Positions 15,569 to 24,953 of a DNA stretch of 45,513 nucleotides are shown piece by piece. Below the pieces are notes generated by a model. It was not told the DNA's origin, did not search any database, and saw only the letters and a list, made by a program, of their open reading frames with translations. This DNA comes from a bacterium (lineage in GTDB: Bacteria > Margulisbacteria > WOR-1 > CAVSGV01), in the NCBI GenBank assembly GCA_043820455.1, contig JBDRDU010000066.1, forward strand, positions 1 through 45,513, in the 5' to 3' direction. The translations under genes were made by a program, and so were the position numbers. Every line of letters begins with the position of its first letter. The stretch's first letter is position 1.

Positions 15569-17710
15569 ATGTGTATGATAGAATACAAGAAGATGAATAG
15601 AGCCAAAAGGATGATCTTTGCAGGGGTGATGTTGTTCCTTTTCCTTGTCGTGCCTGCGACTTTAGCGGGGGAGGTATTCGCGTTTTCGTTCCCTCCTGCG
15701 AAAGGAACTGTAGAAGCGCCGAAGGCGGTAAGCAGGTTTGATGCGCCTCCCGTGGCCACGGACTGGCCGACTTTCCATGGGGATGTTGCCAGAAGCGGGG
15801 CTTCCGCCGAAAAATACATAATGCCGCCTCTTTCCATCAGATGGGGATTTTCTACGGGAGGAAATATTTGGTCTTCTCCTGCGGTGGTCGCAAAGACCCT
15901 TTTTATTGGATCGTCTGACGGGAAATTGTACAGCTTGGACGTTTTGGACGGAAGCATGAGATGGGCGTTTAAAACGGGCAATGCGATCTTCTCTTCCCCG
16001 GCGATTGAAAAAGGGACTGTTTATTTTGGTTCGTCAGACCATCTGTTATATGCGTTGGATGCCGAAAGCGGGCTTTTAAAATGGGCTTTTGAGACCGGCG
16101 ATCCGGTAACATCGTCACCGGCGGTCCTTGATGGCGTGGTCTACTTCGGCTCATGGGATGGCTTCCTTTACGCCCTGGCGACCGATGGAAGATTGAAATG
16201 GCAATATCAGACAGGAGGGGCGGTATATTCATCTCCCGCTCTGTCCCGCGGGAAGGTCTTTTTCGGATCGTCCGATGGAAAGATCTATGCGTTAGATGCG
16301 GAAAAGGGGACCCCTGTTTGGGTTTTCCAAACCGACGATTATATTTCTTCCACCCCGACCATCTCGGGGAAGATAGTCTATGTCGGGTCATGGGACGGCA
16401 ATATGTACGCTTTAAGCAGTGACGACGGAAAGCTGTTATGGAAATTCAGGACAGGAGCGGGTATTTATTCTTCGCCGGCAGTATTTGAAGATACGATCAT
16501 ATTCGGTTCGTATGACAGCAAGCTTTACTGTCTTGACAAGTACAAGGGCATATTAAAATGGTCTTATTACTCAAAAGATTCCGTGTACCATTCATCCCCT
16601 GTCGTTGCTAACGGAGTTGTTTATGTGGGGCTGGGGTACAAGAACAAGGTGCAGGCATTTAATGCGAGGACAGGGGAATATTTATGGAGTTCCCCGACAG
16701 GCGCATCCGTCGGCGCTTCACCCGCCATTTCAGAAACGAACATGTATATAGCGGCATCGGACGGCAAAATATACGCTTTTGGGGACATTGAGCAGCCGGA
16801 TGCAAAAGTGGATACCCTTAAGCCGGCTTTCAATAAGTATGATTTCTTGGTCAGCTGGACAGGGGTGGACAAAGGGGGATCCGGAATAAGTTCTTACGAC
16901 ATCCAGTTCAGGACGGGGGCGGGCGAGTACTGGCAGAATTGGCTGACGGGGGTGACGACCACATCCGCGATTTTCGGCCCTTATGAACCGATAGAGGTTA
17001 GGGATACTACAGTTTATTATTTCCAGGCGCGTGCTCATGATAATGCAGGGAATAGCGGGGATTATGCCGGAGGGGACGGCGACACACACACGGGAATAGA
17101 CCTGACTCCCCCAAGGATCAGGAAGGTCAGCATAAACAATGTTCAGGTGCAGACAGGAAGCTTCATAAATTCCAAACCGCTCATTCAAGCTTCCATAAGC
17201 GACAATGTTTCCGTGGACCCTGACAGCCTGAGAGTATATATTGATACTAAAGAATTCACTCCGGATAGCTTCATTAACGGTTTAATGAAATATAAGCATA
17301 AGGCCCCCATCAGCCCGGGCAAGCACAATATAATGGTCATTGCCGCTGACGTATCCGGGAACAAAGCGGAACCATGGGAGATCAAGGGGATAAGGGTTTC
17401 GGAGGGGATAGAGGCAGCCGATATATCGGCTTTCCCGACGCCTTTCAACCCTCTGGCAGGGCCCGTTTATATTTCTTACAGGCTTAACGCGAATGCGGAA
17501 ACTAACATATTCATTTACGATAAATACGGGTCTCTGATCTGCTCGATGAAATTCGAAGAAAAAGAGAACGGAGGCAAAAGAGGCTGGAACAAGATCGCGT
17601 GGAACGGCGTTACGGGATCTGACAGCATTGTAGGGAACGGAGAATACTTCTTTAAGATAGTGGCCAACAGGAATCTTGTGGGCAAAGGGCAGATCGTAGT
17701 GCAAAAATGA
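15569..17710 (+). CDS. Secreted PQQ-like (BamB-type) beta-propeller protein with FN3/Ig-like modules and the same 'P-x-PFNP' C-terminal sorting-type domain.
   Basis: GAAGGGGG Shine-Dalgarno sequence. Signal peptide ...MLFLFLVVPATLAGEVFA. There are more than eight repeats of the pattern G.IYSSPA....V(Y/F)FGS.DG.LYALD...G...W.F.T. C-terminus AFPTPFNPLAG...IFIYDKYGSLI...WNGVTGSDSIVGNGEYFFKIV...GKGQIVVQK. Alternative in-frame starts lie at 15575 and 15593. Confidence 0.85.
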   Translation: MCMIEYKKMNRAKRMIFAGVMLFLFLVVPATLAGEVFAFSFPPAKGTVEAPKAVSRFDAPPVATDWPTFHGDVARSGASAEKYIMPPLSIRWGFSTGGNIWSSPAVVAKTLFIGSSDGKLYSLDVLDGSMRWAFKTGNAIFSSPAIEKGTVYFGSSDHLLYALDAESGLLKWAFETGDPVTSSPAVLDGVVYFGSWDGFLYALATDGRLKWQYQTGGAVYSSPALSRGKVFFGSSDGKIYALDAEKGTPVWVFQTDDYISSTPTISGKIVYVGSWDGNMYALSSDDGKLLWKFRTGAGIYSSPAVFEDTIIFGSYDSKLYCLDKYKGILKWSYYSKDSVYHSSPVVANGVVYVGLGYKNKVQAFNARTGEYLWSSPTGASVGASPAISETNMYIAASDGKIYAFGDIEQPDAKVDTLKPAFNKYDFLVSWTGVDKGGSGISSYDIQFRTGAGEYWQNWLTGVTTTSAIFGPYEPIEVRDTTVYYFQARAHDNAGNSGDYAGGDGDTHTGIDLTPPRIRKVSINNVQVQTGSFINSKPLIQASISDNVSVDPDSLRVYIDTKEFTPDSFINGLMKYKHKAPISPGKHNIMVIAADVSGNKAEPWEIKGIRVSEGIEAADISAFPTPFNPLAGPVYISYRLNANAETNIFIYDKYGSLICSMKFEEKENGGKRGWNKIAWNGVTGSDSIVGNGEYFFKIVANRNLVGKGQIVVQK

Positions 17711-18963
17711 TATCTAATGATGGTTTTGTCGGAAAGATCGCCGAACTTGAAGGCGTCACCAGAGAAAAAATATTAAAAGGGCTCAGCTCCGGAGAGATCG
17801 TGATCCCGTACAACAAGATCCATTCTCCTCTTCATCCCATAGCGATAGGCACCGGACTTCGCACAAAGGTTAACGCCAATATAGGGACGTCAAAAGGATT
17901 CAGCGATCTTTCTCTTGAGCTCGAAAAAGTAGAGGTATGCATTAAGAACAAGGCAGATGCGATAATGGACCTCTCTGTGGGCGGGGATCTGGACGAGACA
18001 AGGCAGGCGATAATCAACGCTTCAACGCTTCCTGTAGGGACCGTTCCCATTTATCAGGCAGTAATAGAAGCGAGTTCAATAGAGAAAATGACCGCCGACA
18101 TAATGTTCAGGGCCATCGAAAAACATGCTCGGTCGGGGGTGGACTTCATAACGGTCCACTGCGGCGTGACAAGGGCTCTGGTCAAGAGGATACGCGGTAA
18201 AAAGCGTATCATGGACATAGTCAGCCGCGGAGGCGCTTTTCTTTACAGGTGGATGATCGTGAAGGAAAAAGAAAATCCTCTGTATGAACAATATGACAGG
18301 CTGCTTGAGATCGCGAAAAAATACGGCGTTACATTGAGCCTTGGGGACGGAATGAGGCCGGGCTGCATAGCTGATGCGGGGGATATGCTCCAGATGGGGG
18401 AATTAAAGGTCCTTGGGGCTCTGGCAAAAAGAGCCCGCAGGGCGGGAGTCCAGGTGATCATCGAAGGTCCGGGGCATGTTCCCTTGGACAAGATAGAAGA
18501 ACAGATAAAAATAGAGAAAAAGATATGCAACAAGGCGCCTTTTTATGTGCTGGGGCCTCTTCCCACAGATATTGCTCCCGGGTGGGACCATTTGACCTCT
18601 GCTATTGGCGGAGCGATCGCGGCGGCGGCAGGGGCGGATTTCCTCTGCTATGTGACCCCGTCCGAGCACCTCGGGCTCCCGAACCTGTCCGACGTAAAGG
18701 ACGGCATAATCGCGTCACGGATCGCTGCGCATATAGGCGATATAGTTAAAGGCGTAAAAGGCGCAAGAGAATGGGATGTTAAAATGTCAAAAGCGAGAAA
18801 AGCCCTGAAATGGGAAGAGCAGATCGAACTGGCGGTGGATCCCGTTACGGCAGCGGAAATAAGGGATATGAGGTCTGCAAGGGAAAAATCGGATACCTGT
18901 ACCATGTGCGGGGAATTCTGCGCAATGAAAGTGGTCTCAGAATCAAAGAAGCTGAAAAAATGA
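17707..18963 (+). CDS. thiC: Phosphomethylpyrimidine synthase ThiC (short form).
   Basis: 418-aa product with conserved ThiC core blocks and the C-terminal CTMCGEFCAMK (CX2CX4C) cluster motif. The start overlaps the upstream stop (ATGA). Confidence 0.9.
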   Translation: MISNDGFVGKIAELEGVTREKILKGLSSGEIVIPYNKIHSPLHPIAIGTGLRTKVNANIGTSKGFSDLSLELEKVEVCIKNKADAIMDLSVGGDLDETRQAIINASTLPVGTVPIYQAVIEASSIEKMTADIMFRAIEKHARSGVDFITVHCGVTRALVKRIRGKKRIMDIVSRGGAFLYRWMIVKEKENPLYEQYDRLLEIAKKYGVTLSLGDGMRPGCIADAGDMLQMGELKVLGALAKRARRAGVQVIIEGPGHVPLDKIEEQIKIEKKICNKAPFYVLGPLPTDIAPGWDHLTSAIGGAIAAAAGADFLCYVTPSEHLGLPNLSDVKDGIIASRIAAHIGDIVKGVKGAREWDVKMSKARKALKWEEQIELAVDPVTAAEIRDMRSAREKSDTCTMCGEFCAMKVVSESKKLKK

Positions 18964-19892
18964 AGGCACCCCAGATCGGCGAATTCAAGTTGATCGATAC
19001 AATAAGAAAGAACAATCCCGCTAAAGACAAAAGCGTTCTTGTCGGGATAGGGGATGATGCGGCAGCCGTCAAGGACGGGGCAGGCGGATACATCCTTATG
19101 ACGACGGATACTTTGGTCGAAAACATTCATTTCAACCTTAAATACTGCACATTTTACGAGCTGGGATGGAAGCTTCTCGCGGTGAACCTTTCTGACATCG
19201 CTGCAATGGGAGGTATCCCTAAGTATGCGCTTGTTACTTTGGGCATTAAAAAAGACACAGGTCTTTCTGGTATCAACGCTTTTTATACGGGGATCCGTTC
19301 TCTTGCTCGAAAGACCAAGGTTGATGTTGTCGGAGGGGATATTGTCAGCTCCCCAAATAACCTGTTCTTTACCATCGGGCTGTTTGGCGTTGCGGAAAAA
19401 GTGGTCAGAAGGAGCGGAGCAAGACCCGGCGACGCAATAGTTTCCATTGGGAAGGTTGGCGGGTCCGCGGTAGGCTTCGCATCCTTGAAAAAAAACCGCA
19501 GAAAAGCGTTAAGGATAAAGGGATCGATCGCGAAAGCTCATCTTATGCCGTTCCCCATGATCAAGGAAGGCCTCAACGCTTCCAGGCACGCGACCGCAAT
19601 GATAGATAACAGCGACGGACTTGCAAGATGCCTTATCGAAATATGCAAAGAAAGCAAAGTCGGCGCAAGGATCTATTCATACAATATCCCTCTCGCAGAA
19701 GATGCAAGCCTTGAGGATGGACTTAATGGAGGAGAGGATTATAATCTGATCTTGACCGTTCCAAAGAACAAAGTTGGCTACATCAGAAAAGGCATAGTTA
19801 TCGGAGAGGTGACGGGATCGAAGAAGATAGTTTTGATCGATAGGTCAGGCAGGGAAAAGGTCCTGAAGGACAAGGGGTACGAGCACTTTTGA
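18960..19892 (+). CDS. thiL: Thiamine-monophosphate kinase ThiL.
   Basis: MKAPQIGEFKLIDTI..., GIGDDAAAV, TTDTLVENIHF and AVNLSDIAAMGG. The ATG at 18960 overlaps the thiC stop. The ORF-track start at 18810 lies inside thiC. Confidence 0.85.
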   Translation: MKAPQIGEFKLIDTIRKNNPAKDKSVLVGIGDDAAAVKDGAGGYILMTTDTLVENIHFNLKYCTFYELGWKLLAVNLSDIAAMGGIPKYALVTLGIKKDTGLSGINAFYTGIRSLARKTKVDVVGGDIVSSPNNLFFTIGLFGVAEKVVRRSGARPGDAIVSIGKVGGSAVGFASLKKNRRKALRIKGSIAKAHLMPFPMIKEGLNASRHATAMIDNSDGLARCLIEICKESKVGARIYSYNIPLAEDASLEDGLNGGEDYNLILTVPKNKVGYIRKGIVIGEVTGSKKIVLIDRSGREKVLKDKGYEHF

Positions 19893-21007
19893 TAAACAAA
19901 AAAAGATTGGTCAGCAGGTTCATTAAATACGTAAAGGTGGACAGCCTTTCAAAAAAAGAAGCCGGATTCTTGAGGCTTATAAAGAAAGAGCTTTCAGGGA
20001 TGGGCATAAAGTCCGTTGAGGACAGGGCGGGACGGCATTTTGGAGGCGACTGCGGTAACCTTTACGCTTTTATTAAAGGCAATGCAGCCCATGCTCCAAG
20101 GATGCTCTTTAACGCTCATATCGATACTGTAATGCCGGGAGAGAATATCAAACCGCGGATAAAAAAAGGAAAGATCGTTAGCGACGGGACCACTGTATTG
20201 GGTGCGGATAATAAAGCCGGCGTTGCGGTCATAATGGAAGCACTAAAGACCTTAAAGGAGCGGAAATTGCCTCACGGCGACATAGATGTTCTGTTCACCG
20301 TGGCGGAAGAAATAAGCCTTATGGGTTCGAAATTCGTGAACAGGAAATTCCTGAAAGCTGACTTCGGTTATGTCCTGGACGGAGGAGATACTGACAAGAT
20401 CATAAACAAGGCGCCTTCGCAGGATTCAATAAAGATAAAGATCACGGGACGCGCTGCCCATGCGGGAGTGCATCCGGAGCAGGGGGTGAACGCCATTCAA
20501 GTCGCTTCAGCCGCGATATCAAAAATGAAGATAGGAAGGATCGACCGCGAGACCACCTCTAATATCGGCATTATAAGCGGCGGTGTCGCCACCAATATCG
20601 TTCCGGAAACCGTTATTATTAAGGGAGAGGCAAGAAGCCATGATGCCAAGAAATTAAAGCGTCAGATAGCGCATATGAAAAACGTCCTTCACAAGGCCTG
20701 CGCAAGATACGGGGCAAAGCTTCAATGTAACATAGAGCCTTCTTACAGAGCGTTCGAGGTCCCGATGGGGCACGAAGCTTTGATCCTGGCAAAAAGAGCC
20801 GCCAAAAATATCGGATTGAAGCCGAAGATCAAGGCGACCGGAGGCGGGAGCGACGCGAATATATTCTCTTCTTACGGGCTGCCTTGTTTGATCCTCGGCG
20901 TTGGCGCGGACAATGTCCATACGAAGAATGAAAATATATCCGTAAATGACCTAGCGGCGGGAGCGCATCTGCTTCTTAATATAATAAAGGAAAGCTTAAG
21001 TTGTTAG
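19889..21007 (+). CDS. M20-family metallopeptidase (peptidase T-like tripeptidase).
   Basis: Metal and catalytic motifs HIDTV, GADNKAG and TVAEE(I)S, plus a dimerisation-domain insert. Length is 372 aa. The start overlaps the thiL stop. Confidence 0.8.
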   Translation: MINKKRLVSRFIKYVKVDSLSKKEAGFLRLIKKELSGMGIKSVEDRAGRHFGGDCGNLYAFIKGNAAHAPRMLFNAHIDTVMPGENIKPRIKKGKIVSDGTTVLGADNKAGVAVIMEALKTLKERKLPHGDIDVLFTVAEEISLMGSKFVNRKFLKADFGYVLDGGDTDKIINKAPSQDSIKIKITGRAAHAGVHPEQGVNAIQVASAAISKMKIGRIDRETTSNIGIISGGVATNIVPETVIIKGEARSHDAKKLKRQIAHMKNVLHKACARYGAKLQCNIEPSYRAFEVPMGHEALILAKRAAKNIGLKPKIKATGGGSDANIFSSYGLPCLILGVGADNVHTKNENISVNDLAAGAHLLLNIIKESLSC

Positions 21008-21528
21008 AGAGAACTCTGAGAAAAAAGAGAATATATAAGGGTAGGATCGTCGGCCTCAGGGAGGATACGGTAAAGCTCGTTAACGGGGTTGTTTCAAAAA
21101 GAGAGATAGTGGAACACCCCGGCGCGGTCGCTGTCATAGCCGTAACAAAGGATAATAAAATGGTCCTGATAAGTCAATTCAGAAAACCTGCGGAGAAAGT
21201 CCTTCTGGAAATACCGGCAGGCCTTGTGAATAAAGGAGAAAGCGCGATAGAAGGCGCGCGGCGGGAATTAATGGAGGAAGCCGGATACAAGGCGGGGAAG
21301 ATCAGGGAAATATTCCGCGGATACTCGTCTCCCGGATACAGCACAGAAATAATAAGGTATTATCTAGCATCAGACTTGAAGAAAGTGCCTCAAAATTGCG
21401 ATGAGGATGAGATCATCAATGTGAAGCTTTATCCTGTAAAGAAATGCCTGCAGATGCTGAAGTCGGGCAAAATAAATGACAATAAGACCGCTATAGGGAT
21501 AATGATGGTCAATTTATGGAAAAGCTGA
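21001..21528 (+). CDS. Nudix hydrolase, ADP-ribose pyrophosphatase-like.
   Basis: Nudix box GLVNKGESAIEGARRELMEEAGY, preceded by EIVEHPGAVAVIAV. The TTG start overlaps the upstream stop. Confidence 0.8.
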   Translation: MLERTLRKKRIYKGRIVGLREDTVKLVNGVVSKREIVEHPGAVAVIAVTKDNKMVLISQFRKPAEKVLLEIPAGLVNKGESAIEGARRELMEEAGYKAGKIREIFRGYSSPGYSTEIIRYYLASDLKKVPQNCDEDEIINVKLYPVKKCLQMLKSGKINDNKTAIGIMMVNLWKS

Positions 21529-22376
21529 TAGAAGATTTCCTGAGCCACCTTAAATTTGAAAGAGGGTACAGCGAGAATACCACTTCCTCTTATAAGAGGG
21601 ACCTTGTTCATTTTGAAAAACACTTGGATCAATTGCACGTAAGCTCCGTTGTTAGCATTACAAGGCCGGTGGTAAGCTCTTTTGTCACTGCTCTTGTCGG
21701 AATGGGGCTTGATGCTTCGAGCGTTGAGAGGCACATCGCGGCGGTCAAATCTTTTTTTGCCTATCTTATAAGAGAAGGCCAGGTCAAGACTAACCCTACT
21801 TCCGACATCAGGCTCCCCAAAAAAAGCAAAAGACTGCCGAAAGCCCTTACCATGAAAGAGGCGAAGAATCTGGTGGAAAGCCCGAAGTCCGTCAGGGACA
21901 AGGCCATAATGGAGCTTCTTTACGCGACAGGGATCAGAGCTTCGGAGCTTGTCAATCTGACGCTGGATGACGTCAACCTGGAAGTTGGCTTCATTAAATG
22001 TTTTGGCAAAGGCGGAAAGGAACGCATTGTACCCATTGGGGCGGTGGCTGTCTCAGTTGTCAGGGAATATGTGAGTTCATATAGGCCGAAGACTACAAGT
22101 AATATCCTGTTCTTGGACAAGAGGGGAAAACAGTTCACCCGTCAGGGGCTCTGGTTTGTTGTGAAGAAATATGTTAAATTGTCGGGGGTAAGGGCGGGTG
22201 CGTCCACCCATACGCTCAGGCATTCTTTTGCCACGCATCTTCTTGAAGGGGGGGCTGATCTTCGCTGTGTCCAGGAAATGCTGGGTCACAGCGATATTTC
22301 CACCACCCAGATATATACGAGCGTGAGCAGGGAACGGCTTAAGAGGATCTACCAGTCGGCGCATCCGAGGGCATGA
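21516..22376 (+). CDS. xerD: Tyrosine site-specific recombinase XerD/XerC.
   Basis: Core-binding N-domain (FLSHLKFERGYSENTTSSYKRDL). Catalytic residues are in ATGIRASEL, HTLRHSFATHLL and LGHSDISTTQIYT. The choice between XerD and XerC is tentative. Confidence 0.8.
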   Translation: MEKLIEDFLSHLKFERGYSENTTSSYKRDLVHFEKHLDQLHVSSVVSITRPVVSSFVTALVGMGLDASSVERHIAAVKSFFAYLIREGQVKTNPTSDIRLPKKSKRLPKALTMKEAKNLVESPKSVRDKAIMELLYATGIRASELVNLTLDDVNLEVGFIKCFGKGGKERIVPIGAVAVSVVREYVSSYRPKTTSNILFLDKRGKQFTRQGLWFVVKKYVKLSGVRAGASTHTLRHSFATHLLEGGADLRCVQEMLGHSDISTTQIYTSVSRERLKRIYQSAHPRA

Positions 22377-22380
22377 TTAA

Positions 22381-22959
22381 ATGATAGAACTGATTATTTT
22401 TGTTATTATTATACTGATCGCAATAACCGTACACGAATTCTCTCATGCAGCTACGGCAGAATTGCTTGGGGATCCGACACCGCGCCTTGCCGGGAGGCTG
22501 TCGCTTAATCCCATTAAGCATATTGATCCGCTCGGGTTCATAATGCTTCTTCTTGTAAGGTTCGGCTGGGCAAAACCTGTTCCCATTAATCCTTATAATT
22601 TCAGGGATCCTTTGAGAGGGGAAATGGTGGTCTCATTCGCGGGTCCTGCGTCAAATTTTTTGGCTGCCTGGATCGCAGCCTCTTTGGTGAAACTTTTCCC
22701 GGTAATCGTCCTTACTAATGGATATGTCCACAGGGCCGTGTCTGACTTTATATGGATCAATCTGGCCTTGGCGATTTTTAATCTGCTGCCGGTGCCGCCG
22801 CTTGACGGTTCGCATATATTGGAGCCATTCATCCCTTATCCATGGAAGCGGGCATTTGAACAGTACGGCTTCTTTATTTTAATGTTCATACTTATTTTCC
22901 CTCCTACATCCTACCTGTTACTATATGTAATAAGCTTTCTGTTCAGACTTATCACCTAA
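22381..22959 (+). CDS. Site-2 protease family (M50) integral-membrane zinc metalloprotease, small form.
   Basis: HEFSHA (HExxH) lies in the first TM helix and NLLPVPPLDGSH matches NxxPxxxLDG. The product is polytopic and hydrophobic. Confidence 0.8.
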   Translation: MIELIIFVIIILIAITVHEFSHAATAELLGDPTPRLAGRLSLNPIKHIDPLGFIMLLLVRFGWAKPVPINPYNFRDPLRGEMVVSFAGPASNFLAAWIAASLVKLFPVIVLTNGYVHRAVSDFIWINLALAIFNLLPVPPLDGSHILEPFIPYPWKRAFEQYGFFILMFILIFPPTSYLLLYVISFLFRLIT

Positions 22960-22960
22960 A

Positions 22961-24154
22961 ATGAAATATCGCCAGGCAATAGAATATTTGGAAAGCTTTC
23001 AGGCGATGGGCATAAGGCTGGGACTGGAAAGAATAACTGCTTTACTGATCTGCCTTGGCGTTCCACAAAATGATTTCAGGTCGATCCATATTGCCGGAAC
23101 GAACGGTAAAGGCTCTGTTGCTGCCATGCTTTCTTCCGTTTTGAACCGAGCGAGGTATAAAGTGGGACTTTATATCTCGCCTCACCTTATCGATTATACC
23201 GAAAGAATAAGGATCAACGAAAGGGATGTTTCAAGGGCAAAATTTGCTGCTGCCGTGGCAAAAGTCAAAGGAGCCATTGACGAACTGCCTGAAATGAACT
23301 TAACCGAGTTCGAGGTCTTAACGGCAGTCGCATTCTTGTTGTTATCTCAGGAAAAAGTGGATTTTGCTGTCATTGAGACCGGCCTGGGCGGGCGGTTGGA
23401 TGCAACAAATATCATAACCCCGATCTTATCTATAATAACCAACATAGATCACGATCACACGGATGTATTGGGTAGTTCGATAAAGAAGATCGCGAAGGAA
23501 AAGGCAGGCATAATAAAATCCGGGGTCCCGCTCGTTACCGGCGAGTCAAAAATGCGGAGGTTTTTATATAGTATATGTAGAGAAAAAAGTTCGAAGTTCA
23601 TAAGCTCTAGGCGGGAAAAGGTCAAATATGTTCCATTTTTTGGGAGCCACCAGGTTGAGAACTCAAAGATCGTCATTGCAAGTGTTAAAGTTTTGAGGGT
23701 GCTGGGCGTAAAGATCAGCGGTGCACAGCTGAATAGCGGACTTCGCCGCGCTTTTTGGCCGGGAAGGCTTCAAATTGTTGGAAAAGATCCTCTGACGATC
23801 CTTGACGGGGCACATAATCCCTCGGGGGCAAGAGCTTTATTCAAATATCTGTCGACTCTGGATAAAAAGATCACTTTCATCATTGGCATGCAGAGAAATA
23901 AAGACGTTAAGGGTTTTGTTGAAATATTAGCTCCTATTGCGGATCGGTTCATTGTTGTCAGGTCAGGCAATCCGAATGCTTTGTCGAAAGCAATTCTTGC
24001 GAAAAAGATCGATATCGTGGGAGGACATTCAGTTATTGCGGGAAATTTGAAGAGTGCTGTGTCGATGGCGAAAAGGACAGGCAATCCTGTTTGTGTTGCC
24101 GGGTCGCTTTATCTTGTCGGAGATGCGCTGAAACAAAAATCGTTTGACTTATAA
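22961..24154 (+). CDS. folC: Folylpolyglutamate synthase / dihydrofolate synthase.
   Basis: P-loop IHIAGTNGKGS, Mur-ligase middle-domain blocks (ETGLGGRLDATN, DHDH), and LDGAHNPSGA. Confidence 0.85.
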   Translation: MKYRQAIEYLESFQAMGIRLGLERITALLICLGVPQNDFRSIHIAGTNGKGSVAAMLSSVLNRARYKVGLYISPHLIDYTERIRINERDVSRAKFAAAVAKVKGAIDELPEMNLTEFEVLTAVAFLLLSQEKVDFAVIETGLGGRLDATNIITPILSIITNIDHDHTDVLGSSIKKIAKEKAGIIKSGVPLVTGESKMRRFLYSICREKSSKFISSRREKVKYVPFFGSHQVENSKIVIASVKVLRVLGVKISGAQLNSGLRRAFWPGRLQIVGKDPLTILDGAHNPSGARALFKYLSTLDKKITFIIGMQRNKDVKGFVEILAPIADRFIVVRSGNPNALSKAILAKKIDIVGGHSVIAGNLKSAVSMAKRTGNPVCVAGSLYLVGDALKQKSFDL

Positions 24155-24173
24155 ACCGCATTTTTAGTATAAT
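24144..24173 (+). promoter_or_regulatory. Sigma70-type promoter: TTGACT-N18-TATAAT.
   Basis: TTGACT lies at 24144..24149 and TATAAT at 24168..24173. The ATG at 24185 is only 11 nt past the -10 element and has no Shine-Dalgarno sequence, so the transcript would be leaderless or nearly so. Confidence 0.45.
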
Positions 24174-24184
24174 CACGGCATAAC

Positions 24185-24910
24185 ATGGGCGAAAGAAGAG
24201 ATCTAAGAGAGTTACTTAAAGACACGGACTTTACTCAAAAGCGGATAATAGATGACCTTGCGAATTCCGATCCCGAAGCTTATTCCCCGGGGCGGGGAGT
24301 GGCAGGAGACATAAGAAGATCCGAAGGGAGAGATTTTATTAAGAATATTTTCGTGGGATTTCTCCTGGTGGGGATAGTCGTGGGAAGCTTCTGGATCTCC
24401 TTCCTTGTAGGGAAAAGAGTCCTTGTTCCGCCTGTCAGAAATCTCCCAACCTTAGAGACAGCTCCTCTAAAGGCCATATCCAAACTGGACATTGAGAGGG
24501 CTGTTCCCGTTAAAGAGGAACCCGTCATTAAGGAACGGGAGATCAAGGCAGTTGAAGTTAAAGCGAAACTGCCCCCGCCGGTTGCAGTTAAAAAGATTAT
24601 GACCGCAAAGAAGATCGGCGCTGCCAGAACCCCCGTCAAAACAGCTGTGGTCAAGCCTGCAGTCAAAGCGCCTGCTGAAAAAACAGTGAGCGCCAAATAT
24701 TACAAGGTAATAGCGGGGACATATAAGACAGCTGCTGAAGTGAATAAGGTTATAAAATCATTAAAGGAAAAGGGTTTCCGGTCTTATGTGAAGAAGATCT
24801 CGGGCCTCTATAGGGTGCAGGTCGGCGCATTTGATGAGAGTGACAAGGCAGACCCGCTGGTGGTTCAATTAAAAGAAAAGGGATTCACCCCCACAATAAT
24901 TATTGAATGA
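24185..24910 (+). CDS. SPOR-domain (peptidoglycan-binding, septal) membrane protein.
   Basis: One TM helix (IFVGFLLVGIVVGSFWISFLV), a Lys/Pro/Val/Ala-rich linker, and a C-terminal SPOR fold (YYKVIAGTYKTAAEVNKVIKSLKEKGF...YRVQVGAFDESDKA). Confidence 0.75.
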   Translation: MGERRDLRELLKDTDFTQKRIIDDLANSDPEAYSPGRGVAGDIRRSEGRDFIKNIFVGFLLVGIVVGSFWISFLVGKRVLVPPVRNLPTLETAPLKAISKLDIERAVPVKEEPVIKEREIKAVEVKAKLPPPVAVKKIMTAKKIGAARTPVKTAVVKPAVKAPAEKTVSAKYYKVIAGTYKTAAEVNKVIKSLKEKGFRSYVKKISGLYRVQVGAFDESDKADPLVVQLKEKGFTPTIIIE

Positions 24911-24953
24911 TTTCATGCTGAGCATGTTTCACGCTTGAGGAGGAAGGTTTAAT

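Noticed and set aside
18810-18959. The ORF-track N-terminal extension of thiL (start at 18810).
   Set aside because: It lies entirely within thiC in another frame. ThiL homology begins at MKAPQIGEFKLID, where the ATG at 18960 overlaps the thiC stop.
21516-22376. The tyrosine recombinase as a marker of an integrated mobile element or prophage.
   Set aside because: It has the sequence hallmarks and size of housekeeping XerC/XerD. It overlaps or abuts metabolic genes on both sides. There are no flanking att-like repeats, tRNA genes, or phage or transposon genes.
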